64,000 nt of DNA from Steroidobacteraceae bacterium. GTDB taxonomy: Bacteria; Pseudomonadota; Gammaproteobacteria; Steroidobacterales; Steroidobacteraceae. Positions 12,580-22,392 of the stretch are shown in pieces. A program made the translations under genes and the position numbers. Numbering within the stretch: the stretch's first letter is position 1; each line of letters starts with the position of its first letter. The notes beneath the pieces are model-generated. The model was given only the letters and a program-made list of their open reading frames with translations. It ran no database searches and was not told the DNA's origin. The DNA lies in NCBI GenBank assembly GCA_035518275.1, contig DATIXU010000108.1, forward strand, positions 2,039-66,038, read 5' to 3'.

Positions 12580-12597
12580 CGTGGCCGGCCGGCCACG
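12580..12597. repeat. Perfect 18-bp GC palindrome, 21 nt upstream of the pntAA start codon
   Basis: cgtggccgg|ccggccacg was read directly. It lies just downstream of an AT-rich stretch (ttaattaaattgaaatttt) in the HNH/pntA divergent intergenic region. Confidence 0.6.
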
Positions 12598-12618
12598 CAC
12601 TGCCGAAGGGGCCTTTGA

Positions 12619-13743
12619 ATGCCAGTGACGATAGGCGCGCTGACAGAGAGCGCGCCCCAGGAAACACGCGTCAGTCTGACTCCGGAGATTGCCGATAAGT
12701 TCGCGAAAGAAGGCGCGCGGGTGATGCTCGAGCGCGGCGCGGGCGAGCGCGCGCGCTTCCCCGATTCCGCCTATAAGAATGTCAGCTGGGCCGATTCCGC
12801 CGCCGCGGTGCTCGCGGGCGCGGATGTGCTGCTCACGGTGCAGCCCCTCAGCGTGGCGCAGATCGGCCAGCTCAAACGCAGCGCCGTGGTGATCGGCTTC
12901 ATGCAGCCGTACGCGCGCGCCGCCGAGGTGCGGGCGCTGAAAGAGCGCGGCCTCACCTCCTTCGCCATGGAGCTGGTGCCGCGCATCTCGCGCGCGCAGT
13001 CGATGGATGCGCTGTCCTCGCAGGCAGCCATCGCCGGCTACAAGGCGGTGCTGATCGCCGCGAGCCACCTGCAGAAATTCCTTCCCATGCTCACCACCGC
13101 CGCCGGCACCATCCGCCCGGCGCAAGTCCTGGTCATCGGCGCGGGCGTCGCGGGGCTGCAGGCGATCGCCACCGCGAGGCGTTTGGGTGCGGTGGTCGAG
13201 GCCTACGACGTGAGGAGCGCCACCCGCGAGCAGGTGAAGTCCCTCGGGGCGAAGTTCGTCGAGACCGGGGTGAGCGCCGAAGGCGCCGGCGGCTACGCGC
13301 GCGAGCTCACCGCGGAAGAGAAGGCGAAGCAGCAGGAGGCGCTCGATGCCCGCATCGCGGTCGCGGATGCGGTGGTCACCACCGCCGCCGTTCCGGGCAG
13401 ACCCGCGCCGAAGATCATCTCGCGCGGCGTGGTCGAGCGCATGCGCCCCGGCTCGGTAGTGGTCGACATCGCCGCCGAGCAGGGCGGTAACTGCGAGCTC
13501 ACCCGCACGGGCGAAGTGCTCGAGCACCAGGGAGTGAAGATCGTGGGACCGGTGAATCTCGCCGCCGAGCTCGCCTACAACGCGAGCGAGATGTACGCCC
13601 GCAATCTCTTCAATTTCCTCAAGCCCGGCATCTCCAAAGGGGAGCTGGCGATCGACTGGAACGATGAGGTGTTCGCGCAGTCGTGCCTGACGCGCGACGG
13701 CGTGATCAAACACGAGCCGACGGCCAAGGCGCTCGGAGGCTGA
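12619..13743 (+). CDS. pntAA: NAD(P) transhydrogenase subunit alpha, part 1
   Basis: 374 aa with Rossmann motif VLVIGAGVAGLQAI and an alanine dehydrogenase/PNT fold. It is followed by pntAB and pntB. Confidence 0.93.
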   Translation: MPVTIGALTESAPQETRVSLTPEIADKFAKEGARVMLERGAGERARFPDSAYKNVSWADSAAAVLAGADVLLTVQPLSVAQIGQLKRSAVVIGFMQPYARAAEVRALKERGLTSFAMELVPRISRAQSMDALSSQAAIAGYKAVLIAASHLQKFLPMLTTAAGTIRPAQVLVIGAGVAGLQAIATARRLGAVVEAYDVRSATREQVKSLGAKFVETGVSAEGAGGYARELTAEEKAKQQEALDARIAVADAVVTTAAVPGRPAPKIISRGVVERMRPGSVVVDIAAEQGGNCELTRTGEVLEHQGVKIVGPVNLAAELAYNASEMYARNLFNFLKPGISKGELAIDWNDEVFAQSCLTRDGVIKHEPTAKALGG

Positions 13744-13744
13744 C

Positions 13745-14050
13745 ATGACCGGAATGGTGGCACTCTATATCTTCATGCTCGCGGCCTTCACCGGCTACGA
13801 GGTCATCTCGCGCGTGCCGGTGATCCTGCATACGCCCCTGATGTCGGGCTCTAACTTCGTGCACGGCATCGTGCTGGTGGGCGCGATGGTGGCGCTCGGC
13901 AGCGCCACGACGCCGCTCGAGAAAGTCATCGGTGTCATCGGCGTGTTCCTCGCGGCCGGCAACGCGGTTGGCGGCTACGTCGTGACCGAGCGCATGCTCG
14001 AGATGTTCAAGTCGAGCGGCCAGCGCGGCGCGAAGAAAGGGACACACTGA
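13745..14050 (+). CDS. pntAB: NAD(P) transhydrogenase subunit alpha, part 2 (membrane)
   Basis: 101 aa and hydrophobic, with PLMSGSNFVHGIVLVGA typical of PntAB. The start lies 1 nt after the pntAA stop. Confidence 0.9.
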   Translation: MTGMVALYIFMLAAFTGYEVISRVPVILHTPLMSGSNFVHGIVLVGAMVALGSATTPLEKVIGVIGVFLAAGNAVGGYVVTERMLEMFKSSGQRGAKKGTH

Positions 14051-15438
14051 TGCCGGGCTGGATGTCGGCGAGCCTCGCGATCCAGGCGAGCTACTTCGTC
14101 ACCGCGGTGCTCTTCATCATGGGCCTGAAGCGCATGAGCTCGCCCGTGACGGCGCGCAGCGGCATCCTCTGGGCCGGCGCCGGCATGGCGGTGGCGACGC
14201 TGGTCACCTTCCTCTATCCAGGAATGACCAACTACGGCTGGATCCTCCCGGCGATGCTCGCCGGCGGGGTGCTCGCGTGGTGGAGCGGCAAGCGGGTCGC
14301 CATGACCAACATGCCGCAGATGATCGCGCTCTACAACGGCATGGGCGGCGGCGCGGCGGCGGCGATCGCGGCGGTCGAGCTGTACCGCGGCGAGACCTCA
14401 GGCTACGTCACCGTGTCCCTCGCCGTCCTCGGCGGCATCATCGGCGCGGTTTCCTTCTCCGGCAGCCTGATCGCTTTCGGCAAGCTCCAGGGGCTCATCA
14501 ATCGCAGCTTGCGCTTCGCGGGCCAGCAGCTCCTGAACCTGCTGGTGCTGGCGGCGGCGCTGGTGCTCGGCGCCATGGTCGCGGCCCACCTCAACGCGAG
14601 CCCGGCCGTGGTGACCGGCTTGTTCGTGCTGGCGCTGGTGCTCGGCGTCACCATGACGCTGCCGATCGGCGGCGCCGACATGCCGGTCGTGATCTCGCTC
14701 TACAACGCGCTCACCGGGCTCGCGGTCGGGCTCGAGGGCTTCGTGCTCGACAACGCCGCGATGATCATCGCCGGCACCGTGGTGGGCTCGGCCGGCACGC
14801 TGCTCACGCAGCTGATGGCCAGAGCGATGAACCGCTCGCTCGGCAACGTGCTGTTCTCGGGCTTCGGCGATACCGGCGGCGAGGCGACCGGCACGGTGAC
14901 CGGGAGCCTGAAGCCGATCGAGGCCGCCGACGTCGGCGTCATGATGGCGTTCGCCTCCAAGGTCATCGTGGTGCCGGGCTACGGCATGGCGGTCGCCCAG
15001 GCGCAGCACAAGATCTGGGAGCTGGTTCAGCTGCTCATCGACCGCGGCGTCACCGTGCGCTTTGCGATCCACCCGGTCGCGGGACGCATGCCGGGCCACA
15101 TGAACGTGCTGCTGGCGGAGGCGGGCGTGCCCTACGACCTCATCTCCGACCTCGACGAGATCAACGCGGAGTTCGAGACCGCGGACGTCGCGCTCATCAT
15201 CGGCGCCAACGACGTGGTGAATCCCGTGGCCCGCACCGACAAGTCGAGCCCGATCTACGGCATGCCCATCCTGAACGCCGACAAGGCGAAGAACGTGATC
15301 GTCATCAAGCGCGGCAAGGGCGCGGGCTTCTCGGGGATCGAGAACGCGCTCTTCTATCTCGACAACACCCGCATGCTCTATGGAGATGCGCAGAAGGCGG
15401 CCGGCGAGCTCATCGCGGCGGTGAAAGCGGTCGGCTGA
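14050..15438 (+). CDS. pntB: NAD(P) transhydrogenase subunit beta
   Basis: 462 aa. An N-terminal multi-TM region is followed by a C-terminal NADP(H) domain (VPGYGMAVAQAQH, HPVAGRMPGHMNVLLAEA, GANDVVNP). The start overlaps the pntAB stop. Confidence 0.93.
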   Translation: MPGWMSASLAIQASYFVTAVLFIMGLKRMSSPVTARSGILWAGAGMAVATLVTFLYPGMTNYGWILPAMLAGGVLAWWSGKRVAMTNMPQMIALYNGMGGGAAAAIAAVELYRGETSGYVTVSLAVLGGIIGAVSFSGSLIAFGKLQGLINRSLRFAGQQLLNLLVLAAALVLGAMVAAHLNASPAVVTGLFVLALVLGVTMTLPIGGADMPVVISLYNALTGLAVGLEGFVLDNAAMIIAGTVVGSAGTLLTQLMARAMNRSLGNVLFSGFGDTGGEATGTVTGSLKPIEAADVGVMMAFASKVIVVPGYGMAVAQAQHKIWELVQLLIDRGVTVRFAIHPVAGRMPGHMNVLLAEAGVPYDLISDLDEINAEFETADVALIIGANDVVNPVARTDKSSPIYGMPILNADKAKNVIVIKRGKGAGFSGIENALFYLDNTRMLYGDAQKAAGELIAAVKAVG

Positions 15439-15470
15439 GGAGACGACGCGACTGAAAAGGAGCTCTGGCG

Positions 15471-17261
15471 ATGCGGCGCAGGAGTCTCTTGAAGCTCGGT
15501 GCGGCGCTGCCGCTCGCTCTCAGCGTGCCGGCGCGGCTCGCGGCGCGCGTCATGTCACCCTTCGCGCGCGTGCGTCCCGGCGATCCCTACTGGCCGACGC
15601 CCGCGCAGTGGGATGAGCTCGAGGCCGCGGTCGGCGGCAATCTCCTCGAGCCCCACGCGCTCTTCGCTCCCTGCGTCGCCGACGCGGCGAGCGCCGCCTG
15701 CGCCGACGCAGCGGAAAATCAGCGCAATCCCTTCTACCTCGGCGATCAGCCGGGCGGCACGCAGGTCTCGGGCTGGCTCGATGCCTGGACGCCCGCGCCG
15801 AGCGCCCGCGCCGTCAAGGCACGCAACGCCCAGGACGTCGCCCACGCGGTGAATTTCGCCCGTACGCACAACCTGCGCGTGGTCGTGAAAGGCGCTGCCC
15901 ATAGCTATCTCGGCACCTCGAACGCGCCGGACTCGCTCCTCATCTGGACGCGCGCGCTCACCGACATCCGGTTGCAGGATGACTTCGTGGGCGCGGGCTG
16001 CGCCGGCAAGGTGGCGCCCCAGCCTGCGGTCTCACTCGGCGCCGGCTGCATGTGGATCGATGCCTACAGCGCGGTGACGACGCGCGCCGGGCGTTACGTG
16101 CAGGGCGGCGGCTGCGCCGACGTCGGCGTCGCCGGGCTCATCCAATCGGGCGGCTTCGGCAGCTTCTCCAAGGGCTTCGGCAATGCGGCCGCGGGACTCC
16201 TCGAGGCCGAAGTGATCACGGCCGACGGCAGGGTGCGGATCGTCAACGCCCGCCAGGAACCGGATCTCTTCTGGGCGCTGAAGGGCGGCGGCGGCGGAAC
16301 CTTCGGCGTGGTCACTCGCCTCACGCTGCGCACTCACGCGCTGCCGCAGTTCCTCGGCAGCGCCTGGGGCGCCTTCAAGGCCAGGAGCGACGCCGCCTTC
16401 CGCGCGCTGCTCGCGCGCTTCGTCGCCCATTACGCCGAGCGCGTCGCCAACCCCCACTGGGGCGAGCAGGTGGCCGTGAAGCCCGACAACTCGCTCAAAG
16501 TCTCGATGGTGCAGCAGGGCCTGTCGCGCGAGGAGGCGCGCGCGGTGTGGCAGCCGTTCTTCGATTGGATCAAGGCGTCCGCCGACTACACGGTTGCCGA
16601 GGAGCCGGGTGCGAGCGGCCACAAGGCGCAAAGCTGGTGGGAGGTCCAGGGCAATCCCAGCATGATCCCTGACAAGCGTCCCGGCGCACCCCCGGACCAT
16701 GGCTACTGGGAGGGCGACCAGGACCAGGTGGGCGTCTTCCTTCATGGCTACGACTCGCTGTGGCTGCCGGCGGCGCTGCTCGAGCCGAGCGCGCAGCCGC
16801 GCCTTAGCGAGGCGCTGTTCGCCGCCTCGCGCTACAAGGAGGTCGGCCTGCATTTCAACAAGGGACTCGCATTCGCCGCGCCCGAGGCGATCAAGGCCTC
16901 GCTCGACACCGCCATGAACCCGGGCGTCACGGAGGCCTTCGCGCTCGCGATCATTGCCGACGGCGAGCGGCCTTCCTACCCGGGCGAGTCGCGCCCGCCG
17001 ATGGACCTGGACGCGGCGCATCGTGACGCCCGCGCGATCGACGCGGCGGCGGCGGAGCTGCGCAAGGTGGCGCCGCAGGCCGGCTCGTATCTTTCGGAGA
17101 GCAATTTCTTCAATCAGCGCTGGCAGCAGGACTACTTCGGCCCGAACTATCCGCGCCTCAGGAACATCAAGAAGCACTACGATCCCGAGGGTCTCTTCAT
17201 CGTGCACCACGGCGTGGGGAGTGAGGACTGGAGCGCGGACGGCTTCACGCGCCTCAGGTGA
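15471..17261 (+). CDS. Tat-exported FAD-linked oxidase (PCMH/BBE-like)
   Basis: Twin-arginine leader [25 protein letters not shown]. Also an FAD-binding segment [12 protein letters not shown] and a BBE-like C-terminus [18 protein letters not shown]. Confidence 0.83.
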   Translation: MRRRSLLKLGAALPLALSVPARLAARVMSPFARVRPGDPYWPTPAQWDELEAAVGGNLLEPHALFAPCVADAASAACADAAENQRNPFYLGDQPGGTQVSGWLDAWTPAPSARAVKARNAQDVAHAVNFARTHNLRVVVKGAAHSYLGTSNAPDSLLIWTRALTDIRLQDDFVGAGCAGKVAPQPAVSLGAGCMWIDAYSAVTTRAGRYVQGGGCADVGVAGLIQSGGFGSFSKGFGNAAAGLLEAEVITADGRVRIVNARQEPDLFWALKGGGGGTFGVVTRLTLRTHALPQFLGSAWGAFKARSDAAFRALLARFVAHYAERVANPHWGEQVAVKPDNSLKVSMVQQGLSREEARAVWQPFFDWIKASADYTVAEEPGASGHKAQSWWEVQGNPSMIPDKRPGAPPDHGYWEGDQDQVGVFLHGYDSLWLPAALLEPSAQPRLSEALFAASRYKEVGLHFNKGLAFAAPEAIKASLDTAMNPGVTEAFALAIIADGERPSYPGESRPPMDLDAAHRDARAIDAAAAELRKVAPQAGSYLSESNFFNQRWQQDYFGPNYPRLRNIKKHYDPEGLFIVHHGVGSEDWSADGFTRLR

Positions 17262-17274
17262 ACGGGGGAAACAC

Positions 17275-18207
17275 ATGAGAGAGCACATCCGGACGCTCCC
17301 AGCCGCGGCCTTGGCTGTGCTCGCAGCCGCCGGGCTGGCGCCCTTGGCAGCCGCCGCCCCGCCGGCGCAGGCATCGAAAGCGTTCACCACCGCGGAAGTC
17401 CTGGCCGCTTCCTCGCCCTCCGACTGGCGGCCCCTCGACCCGCAGTACACGCTGTACCTGGAGCTTCCCCCCGGGCGCGTCATCATCGAGTTGGCGCCGG
17501 TCTTCGCCCCGAACCACGTCGCCAACGTCACCGCGCTCGCGCGCGAAGGCTACTTCGACGGCCTCGCCTTCATGCGCTCGCAGGAAAACTACGTGGTGCA
17601 GTGGGGCGATACCGGGGGCAAGAAACCGTTGCAGAAGGCGCAGCGCACGCTCCCCGCCGAGTTCGAGCGGCCGCTGCGGGGCCTCACGCTCACGCGCATC
17701 ACCGATCCCGACACCTACGCGCCGCTGGTCGGCTTCCTCGACGGCTTCCCCGTGGCCGCCGATCCGCAGCTCGGGCGCGCCTGGCTGGTGCACTGCTACG
17801 GCATGGTCGGCGCCGGGCGCGACAACGACGTCGACTCAGGCGGCGGCACGGAGCTCTACGTCGTGATCGGCCAGGCGCCGCGGCACCTCGACCGCAACGT
17901 GACGCTGCTCGGGCGCGTGGTACGCGGCATGGAGCTGCTGTCGGTGCTGCCGCGCGGCCACGGGGCGCTCGGGTTCTACGAGGGCTCGGAGAGCGGCATG
18001 CCGATCCGCTCGATGCGCCTCGCCGCGGACCTGCCCGAGGCTGAGCGCACCGCGCTCGAGGAGCTGCGCACCGACACGCCGACCTTCGCCGCCTACGTCG
18101 AAGCGCGCCGCAACCGTCACGAGGAATGGTTCAAGGTGCCTGCCGGGCGGATTGACGTGTGCAACATCCCCATCCCGGTGCGGCCGGTGAAGGCCGGTAC
18201 CCGCTGA
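17275..18207 (+). CDS. Secreted cyclophilin-type peptidyl-prolyl isomerase-like protein
   Basis: ATG at 17275 gives signal peptide [28 protein letters not shown]. The cyclophilin-like core is [32 protein letters not shown]...[22 protein letters not shown]. Confidence 0.78.
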   Translation: MREHIRTLPAAALAVLAAAGLAPLAAAAPPAQASKAFTTAEVLAASSPSDWRPLDPQYTLYLELPPGRVIIELAPVFAPNHVANVTALAREGYFDGLAFMRSQENYVVQWGDTGGKKPLQKAQRTLPAEFERPLRGLTLTRITDPDTYAPLVGFLDGFPVAADPQLGRAWLVHCYGMVGAGRDNDVDSGGGTELYVVIGQAPRHLDRNVTLLGRVVRGMELLSVLPRGHGALGFYEGSESGMPIRSMRLAADLPEAERTALEELRTDTPTFAAYVEARRNRHEEWFKVPAGRIDVCNIPIPVRPVKAGTR

Positions 18208-18801
18208 TCAGCGAATGTGCGGCGGCGGCGCGCGCCCGCCGCCGCCGCGCTGCTGCTGCAGGTGCTCCATGCGCCTGGCGCGCTGCTCGCGCGCGTGCTG
18301 CACCATCTGCTGGCGCTGCTCCGGAGTGGCGTTGCGCCACTGCTGACGCAGCATCTGGCGCTGCGCCGGCGGCAGCTGCTGGAAGCGGTGATAGTTCTGG
18401 CGCACGGCCTCGCGCTGCTCCGGCGGCAGTGCCTGGAAGCGCTGCCAGCGATCGCGCAGGGCGCGGCGCTGCTCGGGCGGCAGAGCCTGCCAGCGCGAGA
18501 AGCGCTCGCGCGCCTGGTCGCGCTGCTCGGGCGACATCCCGAGCCAGCGCTCGCTGCCGTGGGCGAGTGCCTGCTGCCGCTCGGGCGGCAGGCTCTCCCA
18601 CTGATTGGCCATCGGACCCAGGAGCTTCTGCTGCTCGGGCGAGAGGCTCGACCAGGCCACCGGCGCGCGCGGACTGGCGGCGGCGGCTGCGGCCGGCGGA
18701 GCCGCAGGCGGCTCCTGCGCGAACGACGGCGCGCCTGCTGCCAGCAGCAAAGCGGCGAGGAGCGCGAACATCCGGGGTTTCATTGTTACCGGGCTACCCA
18801 T
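18208..18801 (-). CDS. DUF3106-type repeat protein, secreted
   Basis: Signal peptide followed by about 7 repeats of [LM][SP]PEQRxxxRxxWxRFQ. The ATG at 18801 has GGAGA 8 nt upstream; the ATG at 18783 is an alternative. Confidence 0.75.
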   Translation of the reverse strand: MGSPVTMKPRMFALLAALLLAAGAPSFAQEPPAAPPAAAAAASPRAPVAWSSLSPEQQKLLGPMANQWESLPPERQQALAHGSERWLGMSPEQRDQARERFSRWQALPPEQRRALRDRWQRFQALPPEQREAVRQNYHRFQQLPPAQRQMLRQQWRNATPEQRQQMVQHAREQRARRMEHLQQQRGGGGRAPPPHIR

Positions 18802-19081
18802 CGTTCTTGTCTCCGGAGGGAGTCGGCGCCGGGGCAGGCGCGGGCGGCTGAGTCGCCGGAGGTCTCGTGCCGCCGTTGGCCGCGGGCCGAACGGTCTTCA
18901 GCGGAATCGGCTGTGAGAGATAGTTCGCATTCACCTCGGAGAGCCGGTCGACGCTGCCGAGAAACTCGAGGAAGCCCGCCGCGGGCTGCGGCGCCTTGCT
19001 GGCGTCGTCCGAGCGGCCGATGGCGCTGCCGAGCGCGAATGCGCTCAGCACCGCGATCGCTCCGGCGCGATGGAGCCACAT
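18794..19081 (-). CDS. Hypothetical small secreted/membrane protein (96 aa) within the ECF operon
   Basis: ATG at 19081 overlaps the TGA of the upstream gene (TGATG). It has a hydrophobic N-terminus MWLHRAGAIAVLSAFALGSAIG and a Pro-rich C-terminus. I did not recognise a family. Confidence 0.5.
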   Translation of the reverse strand: MWLHRAGAIAVLSAFALGSAIGRSDDASKAPQPAAGFLEFLGSVDRLSEVNANYLSQPIPLKTVRPAANGGTRPPATQPPAPAPAPTPSGDKNDG

Positions 19082-19485
19082 CAGGTGTTGCTCTCGGCTC
19101 CGCCATCGGACTGCGCGGCCGCCCATTCGTAGAACGAGCCGTCCCAACCCTCAATCAGGTCAATCGAGTCGTTGTCTGTCAGCAAATCCATGTCCTCGAC
19201 GGCTGCGGCATGCGGCGCATCGGACGCCATGGGCGCGGTGCCGGCGGGCTCACGGTGCCAGAGCACCACGGCCACGAGCAGCGCCGCGGCGACCGCGCCC
19301 GCGGCCGGCATCAGCGTGAAGCCCGCCCACCATGCGCGGCGGCGCCTGCCGGCCGCGGCGAGCGCCGCATGGCGCGCCTGGTTCAGGCGCGAGCGCGTGC
19401 GGCCGTCGATGCGGCGCACGCTCTCCTCGAGCACCAACTTCGCGTTGCGCTCGAGCTGCGTCAGTGATTCATCAGCCCGGCTCAT
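19081..19485 (-). CDS. DUF3619-like single-pass membrane protein (putative anti-sigma component)
   Basis: 134 aa with a basic stretch RRRRAWW followed by a TM helix. The start is ATGA-coupled to the ECF sigma stop. Position and architecture match the DUF3619 genes that follow this sigma family. Confidence 0.68.
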   Translation of the reverse strand: MSRADESLTQLERNAKLVLEESVRRIDGRTRSRLNQARHAALAAAGRRRRAWWAGFTLMPAAGAVAAALLVAVVLWHREPAGTAPMASDAPHAAAVEDMDLLTDNDSIDLIEGWDGSFYEWAAAQSDGGAESNT

Positions 19486-20102
19486 AAATAGAACTCTCCG
19501 AGTTGCGCGCGCAGTGCCTGCACTGCGCGAAAGTAATGAGTCTTCACGCTGCCCTCCGAGCAGCCCATCGTCCGCGCCGTCTCCGCCACATCGAGCCCCT
19601 CGAGCGTGCGCAGCAGGAATGCCTGCTGCTGCCGCGGCGGCAGCCGCTCGAGCGCCTGCTCGAGCTCCCCCACGGCCTCGTCGAGCTCGAGCCGGCGTAC
19701 CGGCTGCGGCTCGGGGCTCGGCGCCTGAGCCACGGGGTCGTATTCCTCGTCGTCATCCTCGCCGCGCAGCGGCAGCCACGCCATGATGCGGCCGCGCACG
19801 GTGCGGCGGCGCTGCATGTCGCGTATGCGGTTCTCGAGAATCCGGTAGAAGAGCGGCTTCCACTCCTCCGCCGGACGGTCGGAATAGGCCCGCGCCAGCT
19901 GCAGCATCGCGTCCTGGACCGCATCGAGTGCGTCGTCCTCGTGCCGCAGCGCCGCCTGGGCGATCTTGAATGCCTTCAGCTCGACGCCGGCCAGGAACTG
20001 GTTCAGCGCTCGAGTTTGCGTTTGCTCTTCGGAGTCCGTCACGTCGCCGTGTAGTGCGGCCGGCATGCTATAAGGCGACGCGAGCGTAGCAAACTCGGGC
20101 AT
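19482..20102 (-). CDS. ECF-type RNA polymerase sigma-70 family factor
   Basis: Region 2 is DALDAVQDAMLQLARAY...FYRILENRIRD. Region 4 HTH is EGLDVAETARTMGCSEGSVKTHYFRAVQALR. The ATG at 20102 was chosen; ATG 20066 and TTG 20153 are possible. Confidence 0.85.
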   Translation of the reverse strand: MPEFATLASPYSMPAALHGDVTDSEEQTQTRALNQFLAGVELKAFKIAQAALRHEDDALDAVQDAMLQLARAYSDRPAEEWKPLFYRILENRIRDMQRRRTVRGRIMAWLPLRGEDDDEEYDPVAQAPSPEPQPVRRLELDEAVGELEQALERLPPRQQQAFLLRTLEGLDVAETARTMGCSEGSVKTHYFRAVQALRAQLGEFYL

Positions 20103-20192
20103 GGGTGTATAACGCGCGCCCGCGATGCCCGTTGACGCTCCCAATAAGCGCAAGTCATTGATTTAGCTGTTCAGGTGGGATGGGTTCAGAAA

Positions 20193-22391
20193 ATGTTCAG
20201 GGTGGCTGTGGACACCCCCCTGCGGCGGCTCTTCGACTACCTTCCGCCGGACTTGCCGGAAGGCGCCGCGGAGCTCAAGCCGGGCGCGCGGGTCCGGGTG
20301 CCGTTCGGCCGCCGCCGACTCATCGGCGTCGTCATGGAGGCCGCAGACTCGTCCGATCTGCCCCCGGAGCGGCTGAAGCCCATACTCGAGGTGCTGGACG
20401 CGGCGCCCGCACTCGAGGGTTCCGCGCTCGAGCTCATCCGGTGGGCGGCTGAGTATTACCACCACCCCATCGGCCAGGTGCTCGCGGCCGCGCTGCCGAA
20501 GCGCATGCGCCTCGGTGCCGGCGTCACCGCGACCGAGGAGCGCTGGGCGGTGACCGCCGAAGGCCGGGAAGCCGCCGTGGCGGGTGAGCCGCGGCGGGCG
20601 CCGAAGCAGCGTGCCCTCCTCGACTTCCTCCTCTCCCGGGATGGCGCCGCGTCGGCGGAAGCCTTGAGCGAGCATTCGGAGAGCTGGCGGGACGCGGCGC
20701 GCGCCCTCGGGGTGCGCGGCTGGCTCGAGCGCTCCGAGGTGGCGCTGGTCGAGGTGGCGGAGCCGGCGCGCGTGCGCGCCGCGGGACCGACGCTGCTGCC
20801 CGAGCAGCGTGATGCGGTCGAGCGCGTCGCGGCGGCCGCGGGCGCCTACGCGGCGTTCCTCCTCGAGGGTGTCACCGGCAGCGGCAAGACCGAGGTATAC
20901 CTGCGCCTCACCGAGGAGGCGCTCGCGCGGGGACGCGCGGTGCTGGTGCTGGTGCCGGAGATCGGCCTCACGCCGCAGCTGGTCGGCCGTTTTCGCGAGC
21001 GCTTCGCGGCTCCGCTGGCGGTGCTGCATTCGGCGCTCACCGATTCCGAGCGCCTTGCCGCTTGGCGCGCGGCGTGGAGCGGGCATGCGCGCATCGCGCT
21101 CGGAACGCGCTCGGCCGTGTTCGCCCCGCTTCCCGACTTAGGTCTCATCGTCGTCGACGAAGAGCACGATGCCTCCTTCAAGCAGCACGAAGGGGCGCTC
21201 AGGTACTCGGCGCGGGATCTTGCGGTGGTGCGCGCGCGGCTCGCCGGTGTGCCGGTACTCCTGGGGTCCGCGACCCCTGCGCTCGAGACGCTCAACAACG
21301 TCGCCGCCGGCCGCTACACGCGGCTGCGGCTGCTGCGCCGGCCCGGGGAGTCGCAGCCCCCGCTCCTCAAGCTCGTCGACCTGCGCGTGAACGCGATCGA
21401 CGCCGGCATCTCGACTCCAGCCGCGCTCGCCATCGAGCGGCACCTGGCCGCGGACGGCCAGGTGCTGGTGTTCCTCAACCGCCGCGGCTACGCGCCGACG
21501 CTGCTGTGCACCGCCTGCGGCTGGATCGCGCCCTGCCGCGAGTGCGACGCGCGCCTCACGGTGCATCTCGCCGCGGGGCGCCTGCGCTGCCATCACTGCG
21601 GCGCCGATGCGCCGCTGCCGGCACGCTGTCCGCAATGCGGTTTTGCGGTGAAGCCGGTCGGCCAGGGGACGGAGCGCATCGAGACGACGCTCGGCACGCG
21701 CTTCCCCGGGATTCCCATCGTGCGGCTCGACCGCGACGTAGTGCGGCGGCGCGGCGATCTCGATCAGGTCGTCAAGCGCATGTCCTCGGGCGAGGCGCGC
21801 ATCCTCGTCGGCACGCAGATGGTCACCAAGGGTCACGACTTCCCCAACGTGACGCTGGTAGTGGTGCTCAACGCCGACCAGGGACTTTTCAGCAGCGACT
21901 TCCGGGCGCCCGAGCGGCTCGCGCAGACCATCGTACAGGTGGCAGGCCGCGCGGGGCGCGGCGCCAGGGCGGGCGAGGTGCTGATCCAGACCGAGTTTCC
22001 ACAGCATCCGCTGCTCCTGAGCCTGCTCGAGCGCGGCTACGATGGCTTCGCGGAAGCGGCGCTCGCCGAGCGGCTGCAGGCCTCGTGGCCGCCCTTCAGC
22101 CGGCTCGCGGCGCTGCGCGCCTCGGGGAAGACACACGAAGCGGCGCTCGGATTCCTCGCGGAGGCGCGCGCTGCGGCCGGCGCGCCGCCGCGGGGACTCA
22201 GGCTCCTGGGTCCGGTGCCCGCGGCCATGGCGAAGCGCGCCGGGCGCTACCATGCGCAACTCCTGATCGAGAGCCAGGAGCGGCCGCCGCTGCACCACTT
22301 TCTCGACAGCTGGCTGCCGCGAGTCGAAGCGCAGAAGAGCGCGCAGCGCGTGCGCTGGGCGCTCGATGTCGACCCGCTCGAGCTGTTCTAG
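20193..22391 (+). CDS. priA: Primosomal replication protein N' (PriA helicase)
   Basis: Walker A GVTGSGKTEVY, DEEHD box and Cys-rich zinc region CTACGW..CRECD...CHHCG...CPQCG. The ATG at 20193 (MFRVAVDTPL) is preferred over the GTG at 20175. Confidence 0.92.
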   Translation: MFRVAVDTPLRRLFDYLPPDLPEGAAELKPGARVRVPFGRRRLIGVVMEAADSSDLPPERLKPILEVLDAAPALEGSALELIRWAAEYYHHPIGQVLAAALPKRMRLGAGVTATEERWAVTAEGREAAVAGEPRRAPKQRALLDFLLSRDGAASAEALSEHSESWRDAARALGVRGWLERSEVALVEVAEPARVRAAGPTLLPEQRDAVERVAAAAGAYAAFLLEGVTGSGKTEVYLRLTEEALARGRAVLVLVPEIGLTPQLVGRFRERFAAPLAVLHSALTDSERLAAWRAAWSGHARIALGTRSAVFAPLPDLGLIVVDEEHDASFKQHEGALRYSARDLAVVRARLAGVPVLLGSATPALETLNNVAAGRYTRLRLLRRPGESQPPLLKLVDLRVNAIDAGISTPAALAIERHLAADGQVLVFLNRRGYAPTLLCTACGWIAPCRECDARLTVHLAAGRLRCHHCGADAPLPARCPQCGFAVKPVGQGTERIETTLGTRFPGIPIVRLDRDVVRRRGDLDQVVKRMSSGEARILVGTQMVTKGHDFPNVTLVVVLNADQGLFSSDFRAPERLAQTIVQVAGRAGRGARAGEVLIQTEFPQHPLLLSLLERGYDGFAEAALAERLQASWPPFSRLAALRASGKTHEAALGFLAEARAAAGAPPRGLRLLGPVPAAMAKRAGRYHAQLLIESQERPPLHHFLDSWLPRVEAQKSAQRVRWALDVDPLELF

Positions 22392-22392
22392 G

